Source: the human T2T-CHM13v2.0 reference genome, Homo sapiens
Direction: 5' to 3' (one strand)
Assembly: GCF_009914755.1 (NCBI RefSeq)
Contig: NC_060931.1
DNA length: 64,000 nucleotides
Position 1 is the first letter of the stretch; the number at the start of each line of letters is the position of its first letter. Below are positions 29,991-45,609 of the stretch, piece by piece. The notes beneath the pieces were generated by a model, which saw only the letters and a list, made by a program, of their open reading frames with translations, did no database searches and was not told the DNA's origin. Made by a program: the position numbers and the translations under genes.

Positions 29991-31351
29991 CTAGTTTACT
30001 TCTCTTTGTTAACTCTCTAAGTCAAAAGAGTACCCTCTACTTTGTCTCCCAAGATGTTAGTGGTTAAAGAAATATTCTGTGCTGATGTACTAGCTATGCT
30101 ACTATGAATAGGTCACCTATTCCATGCCTCAGTCTCTTTAGCCATACTAAAACTGTTTTGACAGTGAGTGAATACATATCAAGTGCTTAGAAAAATGTCT
30201 AGTGTGTGGTAACCAAAAGCATTAGCTATAAAAGTAATAATGATATCATTTAAGAAAAAATTATTAAACTCAAGTAAATTTGAAAAATACCTGACTTACA
30301 AGGTTAAACAGGTATTTCACTACATGTTCAGAGCTTTTACCATGCTGCTAATATGCTTATGTGAATCTATGAGAAGTAGATACAGTTGGAACAATTCCAA
30401 AACTTGACCTTCAAACTTTCACAGAACACATATTAATATCTCCTAGAATGCCAGCACTCCCAGAAACACAGTTTGGGAAGAACTCAATTAGAAGTTCTTG
30501 TCTAAAGCAAACATATGTAGAAGACCTCTCTCCACCCGCCCCAGAACACACACAAATTCCCATGACTGATGAACTGAAAAGTGAGTGGATGCAAAAGGCA
30601 CTTCTATCATGGCCTAATTTATTACCAATATCTCTTTTACCTTTGGCTCTGGAGGTCAAGAATGGTTTGGATGTTAATGTTGTCTTTCCTTGAGGTCCCC
30701 AATATTCTCTTATCACTTTAGCTGTTGGCTGGATGGTTTTACATGAGGCCAAATCCTGGACTCCTATCTTCCGACTTTTCTACCCTGGGGCTAGCATAGA
30801 ACTGTTGCCACTCTTGTTTTTTAGCTACCTTATCTTGCAAAAGATCTAAGCTAACATTCTTTATTATAGCCTTTTCACTCAATGACACCTTGAAGGATAA
30901 AAGAGAATTTAATCATGATCAAAAGGCTAAAGTTGTAGTAAAAGAAAGAAAATTTGAAAGTCTTTCACCTAACAAGCCTCTATATAAATGAAAAGGATTA
31001 AGGGTTGATTTTTAATGCCATTTAAAGGGAAATCATTTTTACTTAAACATAGATCAAAACAGAATCAGAATCCCAGGGGCCAATAAAGGCACCTCCTGAC
31101 AAGAGACATGGGAGAAGAACAGAGATGACTCAAAGCAAAGAAGTGTGTGGTGTTGTGAAAACATGGGCTCTGGAGCATAGAACCTGAAGTGGAATGTCAG
31201 CACTACCACCTCCCAGCTGCGGATCCTCTCTAAGTTTCCATATTTTCATCTACAAAAATATAAAACCCTATATAGATAATATTCATTGAGCACTTCCTAG
31301 GTACCAGATCCCTTCTAGATGGTTTACATGAATTAACTCATTGATTCTTCA

Positions 31352-31950
31352 TGTTCATGTCCTCTAGATGAGGACCACCAGGAGCACACCTATAGTTAAA
31401 CAAGGTTGGGTTTATTGACTTGTGACAACAAGAAAGATGACACATCTGAAAACTATGTGGCATCTCGGCAAGTGGTTGTTAGAAAGGACTGGGATTCAGG
31501 CTTCAGTTTAGGTGGTTTAAGGAGAGTATGAAAGTGGAACCTTGCTCTGGATTTACAACAGTCAGAAAGTGAGGGTAATTCTATAATTGGTAAATTAATT
31601 GTTATCTAGAATGCAGGAAGAGTAGAATAAGGCTAGATTTATAATTGGGAAAGCAGTTATCGTCACTCATTCTAGCCAAGATACGGGGATGCTTGGTCAT
31701 TTTTGTAGCTCTTGTTTTTGTCTATGTTCAGACATAATTATACAGTGGTCTGGTCTCATTTTTGTCTTCACTCACCACAATCACAGAGTGGCCTTGTCTG
31801 ATGTTGATGTTCTAAGAGCTTATTTACACTCAGCAGGCAAACATGGTAACCTAGCTGCCAGTGTCTGTCCAGTTTCCAGGAACGCCATGTTCTAGATGAT
31901 AGAGCCAGGCCAGCTCCTGGCTGTCAGGCACTGCTTTCTTTCCCTTCTCA
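31352..31950 (-). mobile_element. ERV1 solo LTR, MER67-like, inserted into a MIR
   Basis: gagtggccttgtctgatgttgatgttct and gccaggccagctcctgg match recalled MER67; TG...CA ends; near-TSD ttca/ctca; MIR sequence continues on both sides. Confidence 0.75.
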
Positions 31951-31989
31951 CTCACAGCAACCCTATTAGATAAGCATTATTTGTACAGA

Positions 31990-32285
31990 TTTTTAAATTA
32001 ACAAATAAAAATAGTATATACTTATTGTGTACAACATGCTGTTTTAAAATATGTAAACATTGTGGAATGACTAAATTAAGCTAATTAGCATATGTATTAC
32101 CTCACATGCATAGGGTTTTTTGTGGTGAAAACATTTAAACTCTACTCTCTTAGCAATTACACTGCTCTTAACTATAGTCATCATGTTAAACAATAGGTAT
32201 CTCTAACTTTTTCCTCCTATCTAACTGAAATTTTATATCTTTTAACCAACATCTCCCCAACCCCACCTTTCCCCCAGCCCCTGAC
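31990..32285 (-). mobile_element. L1MA 3' UTR fragment
   Basis: acattgtggaatgactaaattaagctaattagcatatgtattacctcaca. Confidence 0.85.
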
Positions 32286-32547
32286 TTCACACCATATCTA
32301 GATCTTAAAGATGAAGAAACAGTGCCCACTCGGCTATTAAATGACAAGTGTGGAATTTGAATCCAGATATGTACTAGACACTGATTCCTCACCTCTATGC
32401 TATTAGACTTCTAAGTGTTAGTAATCTTCACATTATAGGATGCTTGTGAAGGTTGCAGATGATGCATGCACATGCCTGGCTCATGACAAGACTTTGAACA
32501 AAAAAAAAAATTGGGCTTCTATTATTATTAATCAGAAAAACTAAAAC

Positions 32548-34420
32548 TTCTTTTTCAACTTTTGTTTTAGGTTCAGGAGGTACACGTGCAGGTTTGTTAC
32601 CTGGGTAAATTGTGTGTCACAGGTGTTTGGTATACAGATTATTTCATCATCCAAGTAATGAGCATAGTATCCAATAGGTAGTTTTTTGACCCTCACCCTC
32701 CTCCCACCCTCCACCCTCTACCCTCAAGTAGTCCCTGGTGTCTATTGTTCCCTTCTTTGTGTTCACAGGCACTCAATGTTTAGCTTTCACTTAGAGAACA
32801 TGCAATATTTTTCTGTTCTTGCATTAATTTGCTTAGGAATATGGCCTCCAACTGCATCCATGTTGCAGCAAAGGACATGATTTCATTCTTTTTTATGGCT
32901 GTGTAGTATTCCATGGTATACGTGTACCACATTTTTCTTATCCAGTTCACTCTTGATAGGCATCTAGGTTGATTCCGTGTCTTTGCTATTGTGAATAGTG
33001 TGGCAATGAACATTCTACCTTATGGTAGAATGATTTATATTCCTTTGGGTATATACTCAGTAATGGGATTGCTGGGTCAAATGATAGTTCTGTTTTAAGT
33101 TCTTTGAGAAATCTCCAAACTGCTTTCCATGGTGGCTGAACTAATTTACATTCCCATCGGCAGTGCATAACTATTTCCTTTTCTCTGCAGTCTCACCAGT
33201 ATCAGTTGTTTTGACATTTTTTTTACCTTCAAGACAAGCTCAATATTTTGACTTTTTAATAATGGCCATTCTGACTGGTGTGAGATGGTATCACATTGTA
33301 GTTTCAATTGGCATTTCTCTAATGATTAATGATGTTGAGCATTTTTTCATATGTTTGTTGGACAATTGTATGTCTTCTTTTAAGAAGTGTCTCTTCATGT
33401 CCTTTGGCTACTTTTTAAAGAGGTTGCTTCTTTTTTGCTTGTTAATTTGCTCAAGTTCTTTATAGATTCTGAATATTAGACCTTTGTTGGATGCATAGTC
33501 TGCAAACATTTTTTCCATCCTGTGGGTTGTTTGTTTACACTGTTAATAGTTTCTTTTGCTGTGTAGAAGCAATTTTTTAAATTAGATCCCATTTGTCAAT
33601 TTTTGTTTTTATTGCAATTTCTTCTGGAGTCTTTGTCATGAAATCTTTGAGAGGGCCAATGTCCAGAATGGTATTTCCTATGTTTTCTTCTGGAGTTTTT
33701 AATAGTTTTAGGTGTTACAATTAAGTATTTAATCTACCTTCAGTTGATTTTTGTATATGGTGAAAGGAAGGGGTCCAGTTTCAGTTGTCTTCATATGACT
33801 AGTCAGTTATCCCAGCATCATTTATTGAATTATAAGTCCTTTCCCCATTGCTTGTTTTTGTCAACATTGTTGAAGATCAGGTGGTTGTAGGTGTGCAGCT
33901 TTATTTCTGGGTTATCTAATCTGTTCCATTATGGTCTATGTGTCTGTTTTTATACCAGTACCATGCTGTTTTGGTTACTGCAGCCTTGTAGTATAGTTTG
34001 AAGTTGAATAATGTGATGCCTTTGGCTTTGTTGCTTTTGCTTAGGATTGCTTTGGGGACTTGGGCTTTTTTTTTTTTTTTTTTTTTTGGTTCCATATGAA
34101 TTTTGGAATAGTTTTTTCTACTTCTCTGAAGAAATGTTGTTGGTAGTTTGGTAGGAATAGCACTGAATCTGTAAATTGCTTGGGCAGTATAGTCATTTTA
34201 ATGATACTGATTCTTCCAATCCATGAGCATGAAATGCTTTTCCATTTATGTCACCTATGATTTCTTTCAGCAGTGTCTTGTAGTTCTCCATGTAGAAATC
34301 TTTCACCTCCTTGGTTAGCTATATTCCTAAGTATGTCACTCTTTTGTACCTATTGTGACTAGGATTGCATTCCTGATTTGGTTCTCAGCTTGGGCATTAT
34401 TGGTATATAGAAATGCTACT
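32548..34420 (-). mobile_element. Old L1PA (PA15/16-like), 3' portion; outer element
   Basis: 3' UTR at 32550-32830; ORF2 C-terminus [24 protein letters not shown]; breaks at agaaatgctact. Confidence 0.92.
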
Positions 34421-35116
34421 CAGGACCTGAACTCAGCTCTGGATCAAGTGGACTTGATAGATGTCTGCAGAACTGTCCATCCCAAAACAACAGAATATAC
34501 ATTCTTCTCATCACCACATAGCACTTACTCTAAAATTGACCACATAATTGAAAGTAAAAACACTCCTCAGCAAATGCAAAAGAGCTGAAATCATAACAGT
34601 CTCTCAGACCACAGTGAAATCAAATTAGAATTCAAGATTAAGAAATTCACTCAAAACCATACAATTACATGAAAACTAAACAACCTGCTCCTGAATATCT
34701 CTTGGTAAATAATGAAATTAAAGCAAAAATCAAGAAGTTCTTTGAAACTGATGAGAACAAAGATACAATGTACCAGACTCTCTGGGATGCAGCTATAGCA
34801 GTATTAAGAGGGAAACTTATAGCGCTAAATACCCACATTAAAAAAGCTAGAAAGATCTCAAGTTAGCAACCTAACACCACAACAAAAAGAGCTAGAGAAC
34901 CAAGAGCAAACAAACCCCAAAGCTAGCAGAGACAAGAAACAACCAAGATCAGAGCTGAACTGAAGAAGACAGAGGCATGAAAACCCCTTTAAAAAGTCAA
35001 CAAACACAGGAGCTGGTTTTCTGAAAAAAATAATAAAATAGATAGATCATGAGCTACACTAACTTAAAAAAAATAGAGAGAAAATTCAAATAAACACAAT
35101 CAGAAATGATAAGGGG

Positions 35117-35422
<306 letters not shown>

Positions 35423-36676
35423 GAAATGATAAGGGGGATATCACTACTGACCCCATAAAAAATCAAACAACCATGACAGAATACTATAAACACCTCTATG
35501 CACATAAATTAGAAAATCTAGAAGAAATTGATAAATTCCTGGACACATACACCCTCCCAAACCAGGAAGAAATTCAATCCCTAAATGAACCAACAACAAG
35601 TTCTGAAATTGAGGCAGTAATAAATAGCCTACCAACCAAAAATAAAGTCCAGAACCAGATGAATTTACAGTTAAATTCTACCAGAGATACAAAGAAGAGC
35701 TGGTACCATTTCTACTGAAACTATTCCCCAAAAATTGAAAAGGAGGGACTCCTCGCTAACTCATTGTATGAGGCCAGCATCATCCTGATGCCAAAATCTG
35801 GCAGAGCTACAACAAAAAAAGAAAACTTCAGGCCAATATCTTGATGAACATCGATGCAAAAGTCCTCAATAAAATGCTGGCAAACCAAATCTAGCAGTAC
35901 ATCAAAAAGCTTATCCACCATGATCAAGTAGGCTTCATCCCCTGGATGCAAGCTTGGTTTAACATACACAAATCAATAAATGTGGGTCATACATAAATGG
36001 AACTAAAGCCAAAAACCACATAATTATCTCAATAGATGCAGAAAAAACCTTTGATACAATTCAACATCCCTTCATGTTGAAAACTCTCAATAAACTAGGT
36101 ATTGAAGAAACATACCTCAAAATAATAAGAGCCATGTATGACAAACCCACAGCCAATATCATCCTGAATGGGGAAAAGGTGGAAGCATTCCCCTTGAAAA
36201 CTGGCACAAGACAAAGATGCCCTCTTTCACCACTCCTATTCAACGTAGTATTGGAAGTTCTGGCCAGGGCAATCAGTCAAGAGAAAGAAATAGTTTATTT
36301 AAATATGAAGGGAAGAAGTCAAACTATCTTTTTTTGCAGATGACATAATCCTATATCTAGAAAACTCCATCATCTCAGCCAAAAGCTTCTTAAGCTGATA
36401 AGCAACTTCAGGAAAGTCTCAGGATACAAAATCAATGTGCAAAAAGTTACAAGCATTCCTATACACCAACAATAGGGAAGCAGAGAGTCAAATCATGAAT
36501 GAACACCCATTCACAATTGCCACAGAAAGAATAAAATTCCTAGGAATACAGCTAACAAGGGAAATGAAAGACTTCTTCAACGAGAACTACAAACCACTGC
36601 TCAAAAAAGTTAGAGAGGACACAAACAAATAGAAAAACAGTCCCATGCTCATGGATAGAAAAATAAATATCATACG

Positions 36677-37628
36677 TTGAAAGAGTTGAAATTCTGTGAC
36701 AGTGAAGGAATTAAATATTACATAAATGACCTTCTAAATTACTTTTTAGGCAACATTCAATTGTTTATGAGAAACTAGTCATTGAGATATAGGAAAACAA
36801 ACCTGCAAAATGGAACAATCCCACTCTAACTTGTGGATTGCAGCTCCTCTCTGATCTGCACCAACAAATATCCTTATTTTTAAAGAGCTCATCATTTATA
36901 TAAAAAGACACAGGTTGAAATGAAAATCACACCAGGGCCTGTTGTGGGGTGGGGGGTAGAAGGAGGGATAGCACTGGGAGAAATACCTAATGTAAATGAC
37001 AGGTTGATGGGTGCAGCAGGCCAGCATGGCACATGTATACCTATGTAATGAGCCAGCACGTTGTGCACACGTACCCTAGAACTTAAAGTATAATAAAAAA
37101 TAAAAATAAGAAACATAAAAAGTTTTAAAAATGTGTAGAAGAAAGCAATCCTCATAAGATGAAATAGGCACTGGCTTGCTATAGGATGACATAACATCTA
37201 TCAATAAAATGAAACAGCTGTCTCAGAAAACAAAGATAAAAGCCAAATGCCTTCATAAAGGAAAAGAAAATAAGACCACATTGTATTACTCAAACTCAGA
37301 AGTCCTAGAGATGAAGAAAGGTCATTGACAGGCACATCACCTGTGATAGTGCTACCCATACTGAACCCTGAGGTCCAGGGGGTCAACTCTGTTCGCAATG
37401 GTTTCAGTCTAAATGATATTAGCTCAGACATCTTTCCTGGCTACCCTCTCTAAGTATTCTCAACTCATTCACCCAAGGTAAGAAGCAACATTCTTTATCC
37501 TTACACTCTTCATCTCCTTCAAATCACTTATCATTTTACTCTCTTGCCCTTGCTGCTCCAGCTGGGCAGAGTTCACTTCAAATATATTCATTACAACATT
37601 CCCAGTAACTAACATGGTACCAAGCACA
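36677..37628 (+). repeat. Acceptor copy of 24063-24804 embedded in L1 ORF2
   Basis: Roughly 85-93% identity by eye to the donor; L1 ORF2 on both flanks. Confidence 0.95.
36928..37127 (+). mobile_element. Short L1PA6/7-like 3' end inserted into the duplicated segment
   Basis: cacaccagggcctgttgtggggt...gtaccctagaacttaaagtataat plus A tail; absent from the donor; TSD aaaat. Confidence 0.9.
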
Positions 37629-38623
37629 AGCCTACAGTAACCAAAACAGCATGGTATTGATACAAGAACAGACACGTAGACCAATGGAACAAAATAGAGA
37701 ACCCAGAAATAAAACTGCACACCTACAACCATCTGGTCTTCAACAAACCTGACAAAAACAAGCAATGGGGAAAGGATGCCCTATTTAATAAATGGTGCTG
37801 GGAGAACTCGCTAGGCATATGCAGAAAATTGAAATTGGACCACTTCCTTACGCCGTATATAAAAATCTCAAGATGGATTGAAGACTCAAATGTAAAACCT
37901 AAAACTACAAAAACCATAGAAGAAAATCTACACTGGCAAAGATTTCATGATGAAGATGCCAAAAGCAATTGCAACAAAAGCCAAAATTGACAAATGGGAT
38001 CTGATTAAAGAGCTTCTGCACAGCAAAAGAAACTATCATCAGAATGAACAGAAAACCTACAGAATTAGAGAACATATTTGCAAACTATGCATCTGACAAA
38101 GGTCTAATATCCAGAATCTACAAGAAACTTAAATTCATTAAAAAAACCCCATTAAAAAGTGAGCAAAGGACATCAACAGACACTTCTCAAAAGAAGACAT
38201 ACATGCGACCGCAAATATATGAAAAAAGCTCAACATCACCGATCATTAGAGAAATACAAATCAAAACCATAATGAGATACCGTTTCATACCAATTAGAAT
38301 GGCTATTCTTAAAAAGTCAAAAAGCAGCAGATGTTGATGAGGTTGTGAAGAAAAAAGGAACACTTTTATGCTGTTGGTGGGAGTATAAATTAGTTCAACC
38401 ATAGTGGAAGACAGTGTGTCAATTCCTCAAGGACCTAGAGGAAGAAATATCATTTCACCCAGCAATCTCATTGCCGGGCATATACCCAAAGAAATATAAA
38501 TTATTCCATTATAAAGATGTATGCACATGTATGTTCATTGCAGCACTACTTACAATAGCAAAGACATGGAATCAACCTACCTGCCCATCAATGATATACT
38601 GGATAAAGAAAATGTGGTGCATA

Positions 38624-39249
38624 TGTTATAGGAGTTATTAAGAAATTATTTTAGCAGATAGAGAGGAAAAGGGGTCCTTGGGAAGGTTTTTTCTTTTTTT
38701 AAAGCAGCTCCAGAAACATTTCTTGTCTAGCAGAAAAGCCCTGGCTCTAAGAGCCAGGCTGGCAAACTTCAATATGCAAATGCTAGCCATTAGAACTGGG
38801 TCCACCCAAACATGGCGATTCCCAAAGTCCTCTTCTTGTCCCCACATGTGCCTAGCAACATGGCTGCCCCCACATATCCCTGCATGTGTAGGACATCATG
38901 GTGCCCTGCATTTGCATATTAAAAGTCTAGTGTGGGAGAGCCAGTTTTTTTGTGGGCTACTTGAATGACATACCTGGTCAAACGAATCCCCTGGGCCCTA
39001 TGCAAATATCAGACACCACCTCCTCTAGCCTCCTCATATAACTGGCTGTTTCCACCCCACCCCCTCAGGGTTTCCTCTCTTGGCTTGGAGACCTCTCCCT
39101 CTGTCTCTGTAGTGGGGAGCTTCTTCCTTCTTTCTTGCCTATTAAACTCTCCATACCTTAAAACCACTCCACTTGTGTCCGTGTCATTTTATTTAAATTG
39201 GCACAAGACCAAGGATCCTGGTGTTCCTCCAGTCATTGGAGCCATATCA
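38624..39249 (+). mobile_element. ERV1 solo LTR (LTR9/LTR9B-like) inside L1
   Basis: TG...CA ends, exact 4-bp TSD cata, ATTAAA at ~39141, 626 bp; family name from memory. Confidence 0.8.
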
Positions 39250-39640
39250 CATATACAACCAGGAATACTATGCAGCCATAAAAAGAATGAGGTCATGTCC
39301 TTTGTAGGGACATGGATGGAGCTGCAAGCCATTATCCTCAGCAAATTAACGCAGGAACAGAAAACCAAATACCACATGTTCTCACTCATAAGTGGGGGCT
39401 CAATGATGAGAACACTTGTAGGGGAACGACACACACTGGGGCCTGTTGGAAGATGGGGGCTTGGTGGAGGGAGAGCATCAAGAAGAATAGCTAATGGATG
39501 CTAGACTTAATACCTATGTGATGGGACGATCAGTGCAGCAAACCACCATGGCACGTGTTTACCTATGTAACAAACCTGCACATCCTGCACATGTATTCCT
39601 GAACTTAAAAGTTGTGAAAAAAAAAATTTTAAAGGAAAGC

Positions 39641-40432
39641 TACTGTTTTTGTACATTGATTTTGTATCCTGAAACTGTACTGAAGTTGTTTATCAGATCT
39701 AGGATCCTTCGGGTAGAGAATATGAGGTTTTTCCAGCTATAGACTTAACTCATCTGTGAAGAGAGATAGTTTGATTTCCTCTCTTCCCATCTGGGTTCCT
39801 TTTATTTATCTCTCTTGCCTGATTGCTCTGGCTAGGACCTCCAGTACTATGTTGAATAGAAGTGGTGAGAGTAGGCAATCTTGTCTTGTTCTGCTTCTCA
39901 AGGGAAATGCTTCCAACTTTTGCCTATTCAGTAGGACATTGGCTGTGGGCTTGTCATAAATGGCTTTTATTTTAAGGTATATTTCTTCAGTGCCTAGTTT
40001 GTTGAGGGTTTTTAACATGAAAGGATGTTGAATTTTATCAAAAGCCTTTTCTGAATCTATTGAGATGATTATGTGATTTTTGTTTGTTGTTCTGTTTATG
40101 TCATAAATCAGATTTAATGATTTGTGTATGCTGAACCAGACTTGCATCTCAGGAATAAAGCCTACTTGATCATAGCAGACTAGCTTTTTTGATGTACTCC
40201 TGGATTCAGTTTGCTAGTATTCTGTTGAGGACTTTTGTATCTATGCTCATCAGGGATATTGGCTTGAAATTTTTTTCTTTGTGTCTCTGCCAGGTTTTGT
40301 ATTAGAATTATGCTGACCTATGTAATGAGTTAGGAAGGAGTCCTTCCTCCTCGATTTTTTGGGAATAGTATCAGCAGGAATGGTATCAGCTTTTCTTTAC
40401 ATGTCTAGTAGAATTCAGCTGTGCATTCATCT
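39641..40432 (-). mobile_element. Continuation of the outer - strand L1 (ORF2 RT region)
   Basis: ORF 39806-40147 [26 protein letters not shown]; resumes where 34420 broke off. Confidence 0.92.
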
Positions 40433-40862
40433 ATTAAAACATTTTCAACTTTCATTTATTTTCAGTTCCTCAGGAACCTCATACTTAAGAAATGAGCATC
40501 TCAGGGGGAACAGGTAATTTGCTTTTGGGCCAGACTTTGCCACTGACCAACTATGCAAGTATGAGCTGCACAATTCTATAAAACCCTACAATGCTCTCTT
40601 TCCTAAAGAGGTCTAAGTGTTTTCTAGTCAAAATTATTTGATGTTGTTTTAAAAGGTGATCTCTAAATATTCTCTGGATGCAAACTTAAAATACAATGAA
40701 TATTTCATGGACTATTGAAGTATTTTTAATTGTTTATCATTAAAAAACATAAAATTGAAATTTCATTTTATTCTAGTGATGATTGCAATATTAAAAGCAA
40801 AGTCTAACAGAGATGATTCCACTGCTAAGTCAGTGCTGGAAGCAGGTATAAAAATATGACAC

Positions 40863-41167
40863 TTTCTTTTTTTTCTTTTTTTTTTTTTCTTTGACACAGG
40901 GTCCCACTTTGACACCCAGGCTGGAGTGCAGTGGTGTGATCACAGCTCACCGCAGCCTCCACCACCCTGGGCTCAAGTGCTCCTCCCACCTCAGCCTCCC
41001 AAGTAGCTGGGACTACAGGTATGCACCACCACGCCCAGCTAATTTTTGTATTTTTTGTAGAGATGAGGTTTCACCATGTTGCCCAGGCTGGACTCAAACT
41101 CCTAGGCTCAAGTGATTCTCCTGCCTCAGCCTCATAAAGTTGCGGGATTACAGGCATGAACCCAGCC
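40863..41167 (-). mobile_element. AluJ
   Basis: Dimer with J-type diagnostics. Confidence 0.92.
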
Positions 41168-41180
41168 AAAATAAGGCCCC

Positions 41181-42408
<1,228 letters not shown>

Positions 42409-42816
42409 AAAGCCCTTTCAAATAACATTGGTAAAGACTTGGCTTTTCTTAGAATACAAATTCTGCATACAAAATTATGAATAAGAAAACATTTCTTTCT
42501 CTATCATTCTATCATCCCTCCACCAGCCTCATCTTTCTTTAATTTCAACTTCAAGCTCCTGGTACATTCATAATAACTGTCATTGTCATACCTTGTCCCT
42601 TGGGTATTCTGAGTTCCATCATCCTTCATCTAACCACTCCTCCAAATTTTCTTTCTTACTTCTAATCCCTACTCTCTGCTAGTTAACTCAGTTAGAATAA
42701 CTCATATGAACTTGGTTATGCTGATAATAAATCATTGTGTTAACCCTCCAAGATGACATGTTCATACATTTTGATCTGAAAAAAAAAAAAAAAAAAAAAA
42801 ACCAGAACCTTATTTG

Positions 42817-42980
42817 AGCCAGGTTCTATGGCACACACCTGAAGACCCTGAACCAGGAGGATGACTTGAGCCCAGGAGTTGGAGGCCGTAGTGTGCAATG
42901 ATCATGCTTGTGAATAGCCACTGCCACTGCCCTCAAGCCTGAACAACTGAGCAAGACCCCATCTCTTAAAATTAAAAAAT
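42817..42980 (+). mobile_element. FAM (fossil Alu monomer)
   Basis: gtagtgtgcaatgatcatgcttgtgaatagccactgc, the 7SL-like segment diagnostic of FAM. Confidence 0.75.
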
Positions 42981-43231
42981 ATATATATATATATTGCTAC
43001 AGACCTTCCAGGAATCACGGCAGGATAGCAGAGGTGGCAAGAGATAGTTTTGGCTGTGTATACGCAGGAAGAGAAGAAGAATCAGAGTTGTCTCTGTGAG
43101 TAGGAGAAGTAGGTAACGTATACTTGGGTATTTCAGGAGTACTCAAAATGGGTTTCCTCCCTCAACTCTAAAAATGTTATACATGTGTAACATGTTTATG
43201 GGCTTGGGCAGGGAGAACTGTGACTGTAATC

Positions 43232-43236
<5 letters not shown>

Positions 43237-43273
<37 letters not shown>
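43237..43273. repeat. (CA)n microsatellite
   Basis: Perfect AC run. Confidence 0.98.
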
Positions 43274-43275
<2 letters not shown>

Positions 43276-44387
43276 GTTGCTATTTGACTCCTACAGAATT
43301 GGAAATTAATGATTTTCTATTTTGCAAGTAAATTAGCATCTAGTAAAGTTTAAGTGATGAAATAACAGTCACACAGGCACACTGCTAAAACAAAATAACC
43401 TCTTGTTTCTTATTCTTGAAGGATTCCAGAAAGAAAACAACAGTAAGACAGATTATCATACCTATTTTCCAGGAAATATACAGAATTTAGTTCTGTGAAT
43501 CTGGTACCTGAAATGTCTCCTAAACTTAGATTATTTTCAGTTTAAGTGTCATCTAAGAAAAAACAAACTAAAAAACCAACCAACCCAAATTTCTAGATTC
43601 TCCTCTTGAGAGAAGTATGAACTTAACTTCAGTCATTACCATCAGCTGTAATGATTAATCCTAAAGAAGAAAGAATACTCAGAATTGCAGATAGAACACT
43701 GGACTTGAATCAGTGTGACATTAAACAAGTGATTAAGCTATTCATTGGCAAATTGAGGGAAAAGAAATAGTTTCCCAGAGTCCACAGGAGTCCAGGCCCT
43801 ATTTTCAATTTTTCCAAACTATAATATAATTAACACATTTTTTCACAGTGAATCTGCACTAAATGCTAGGATTTTTTAAATTTGGTTGGAATTCATCATC
43901 TCAGGATGGTGTTATTGCTAAACCCACGCTAAAAAGATAAGCAGTTATATGTGTTTCAGACTAATTTAAGATGAAAAACCTAATTATAATTTAAGAAATG
44001 CTTTTGGTGAAAAAAATAGCCAAAATATTTCAAAATGTTGAATCACTAGAGACAAAAACAATTAAAAGGGCACTTGGCAGTAAAAAGATCAAGGACCACT
44101 TGCACTAGATGATGTCTATGATATTGTCTAGCTTTAAAAATCAGTTTGACTGTGCATCACTTTAAATCACATTTTTTAATTTTTTGCATAAAATTAAATG
44201 AAAAATCAGATCAGATTTTACTTCCAAGCAGTTTTAAAGTTGTTTGATATTTTTAAATGTCTGTATTTTACATTTCTCCATGTCTATTCATAAGAAAGTA
44301 GTTTATCAAAAAAAAGTTTGTAGTCTAATAACCATAAACAGCCTCTTCAAATTTATCTACTTATTAAATTTTTACATAAAGGTATAA

Positions 44388-44727
<340 letters not shown>

Positions 44728-45541
44728 TTGAAATAGGTTTATAAATAAATTTAAAAGAAATTTGAAAACAAAAACAAAAAAAGTTATTTGTAATCATACA
44801 GTGATAGTTAGAGAAAAGGAAATAATGAACATTTTGCCAATGTGCTTATCATTATCTACTACTTTAAAATTCAAAAATACAAGCTTTGGTTACAGAAATC
44901 TAAACTATCCCTTAGATCCTTTAAATTCTTCCTACCTCCATGACCCAAGGATCAGCAACCAAAAAGTTTAAACTGCAATAATGAGTCTTTTTATATTATC
45001 TTACAAATCCTCTGAAGATTTTACAGATATATACTAGTCTATTTAAAACAGGATCAAAGAATCCTGGGAAATCGTGCTCCTTCTTTTTCCTCTTACATTA
45101 ATACACAATATGAAACGTCAAATACTCTCCCTTCTGCTCTTCACATGTGTAAAACTAAATGGTGGGATCGCAACGCTGTTAGCCTAGCTGCATTAGGACA
45201 ATTTGTAGAGACAAAGGAAGGAATGACGGTAGGCTGTTATCTCACTCTGTCTGCACAGTGTTACTGGGTTATAGTTTTGATTAAATAGATCAAACCAATC
45301 AATCCAGCCCTGGAATTTCAGACATCTTAGACATTTAAGAATTCATCCAGTCTTCAACTACCTAATTTGTCCGTGAGAAACCAGAATCCCAAGTAAGTGG
45401 GAGTGACTTGCTGAAGGTCATATAAGTAATTGGTAGATAGACCTAGAATCCAGTTCTCAGGACTCCTAACTAGTGTCCTTTCTACCATCAGAAGTCAGAA
45501 ACTGTTTTACCAAAATGTTGCCTCTTCCCATAGCTTACGAG

Positions 45542-45609
45542 CTACCCACTTCCTCACGCCCTACCCACTTCCCCACGCGCTACCCACTTCCTCACGCCCT
45601 ACCCACTTC
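45542..45609. repeat. 19-bp minisatellite, ~3.6 copies
   Basis: ctacccacttcctcacgcc / ctacccacttccccacgcg / ctacccacttcctcacgcc / ctacccacttc. Confidence 0.95.

Noticed and set aside
30411-30752. 113-aa and 81-aa opposing ORFs
   Set aside because: No homology I can recognise; length compatible with chance; partly overlaps MITE-like sequence
45542-45609. CRISPR-like array
   Set aside because: Contiguous tandem units without spacers, in eukaryotic DNA
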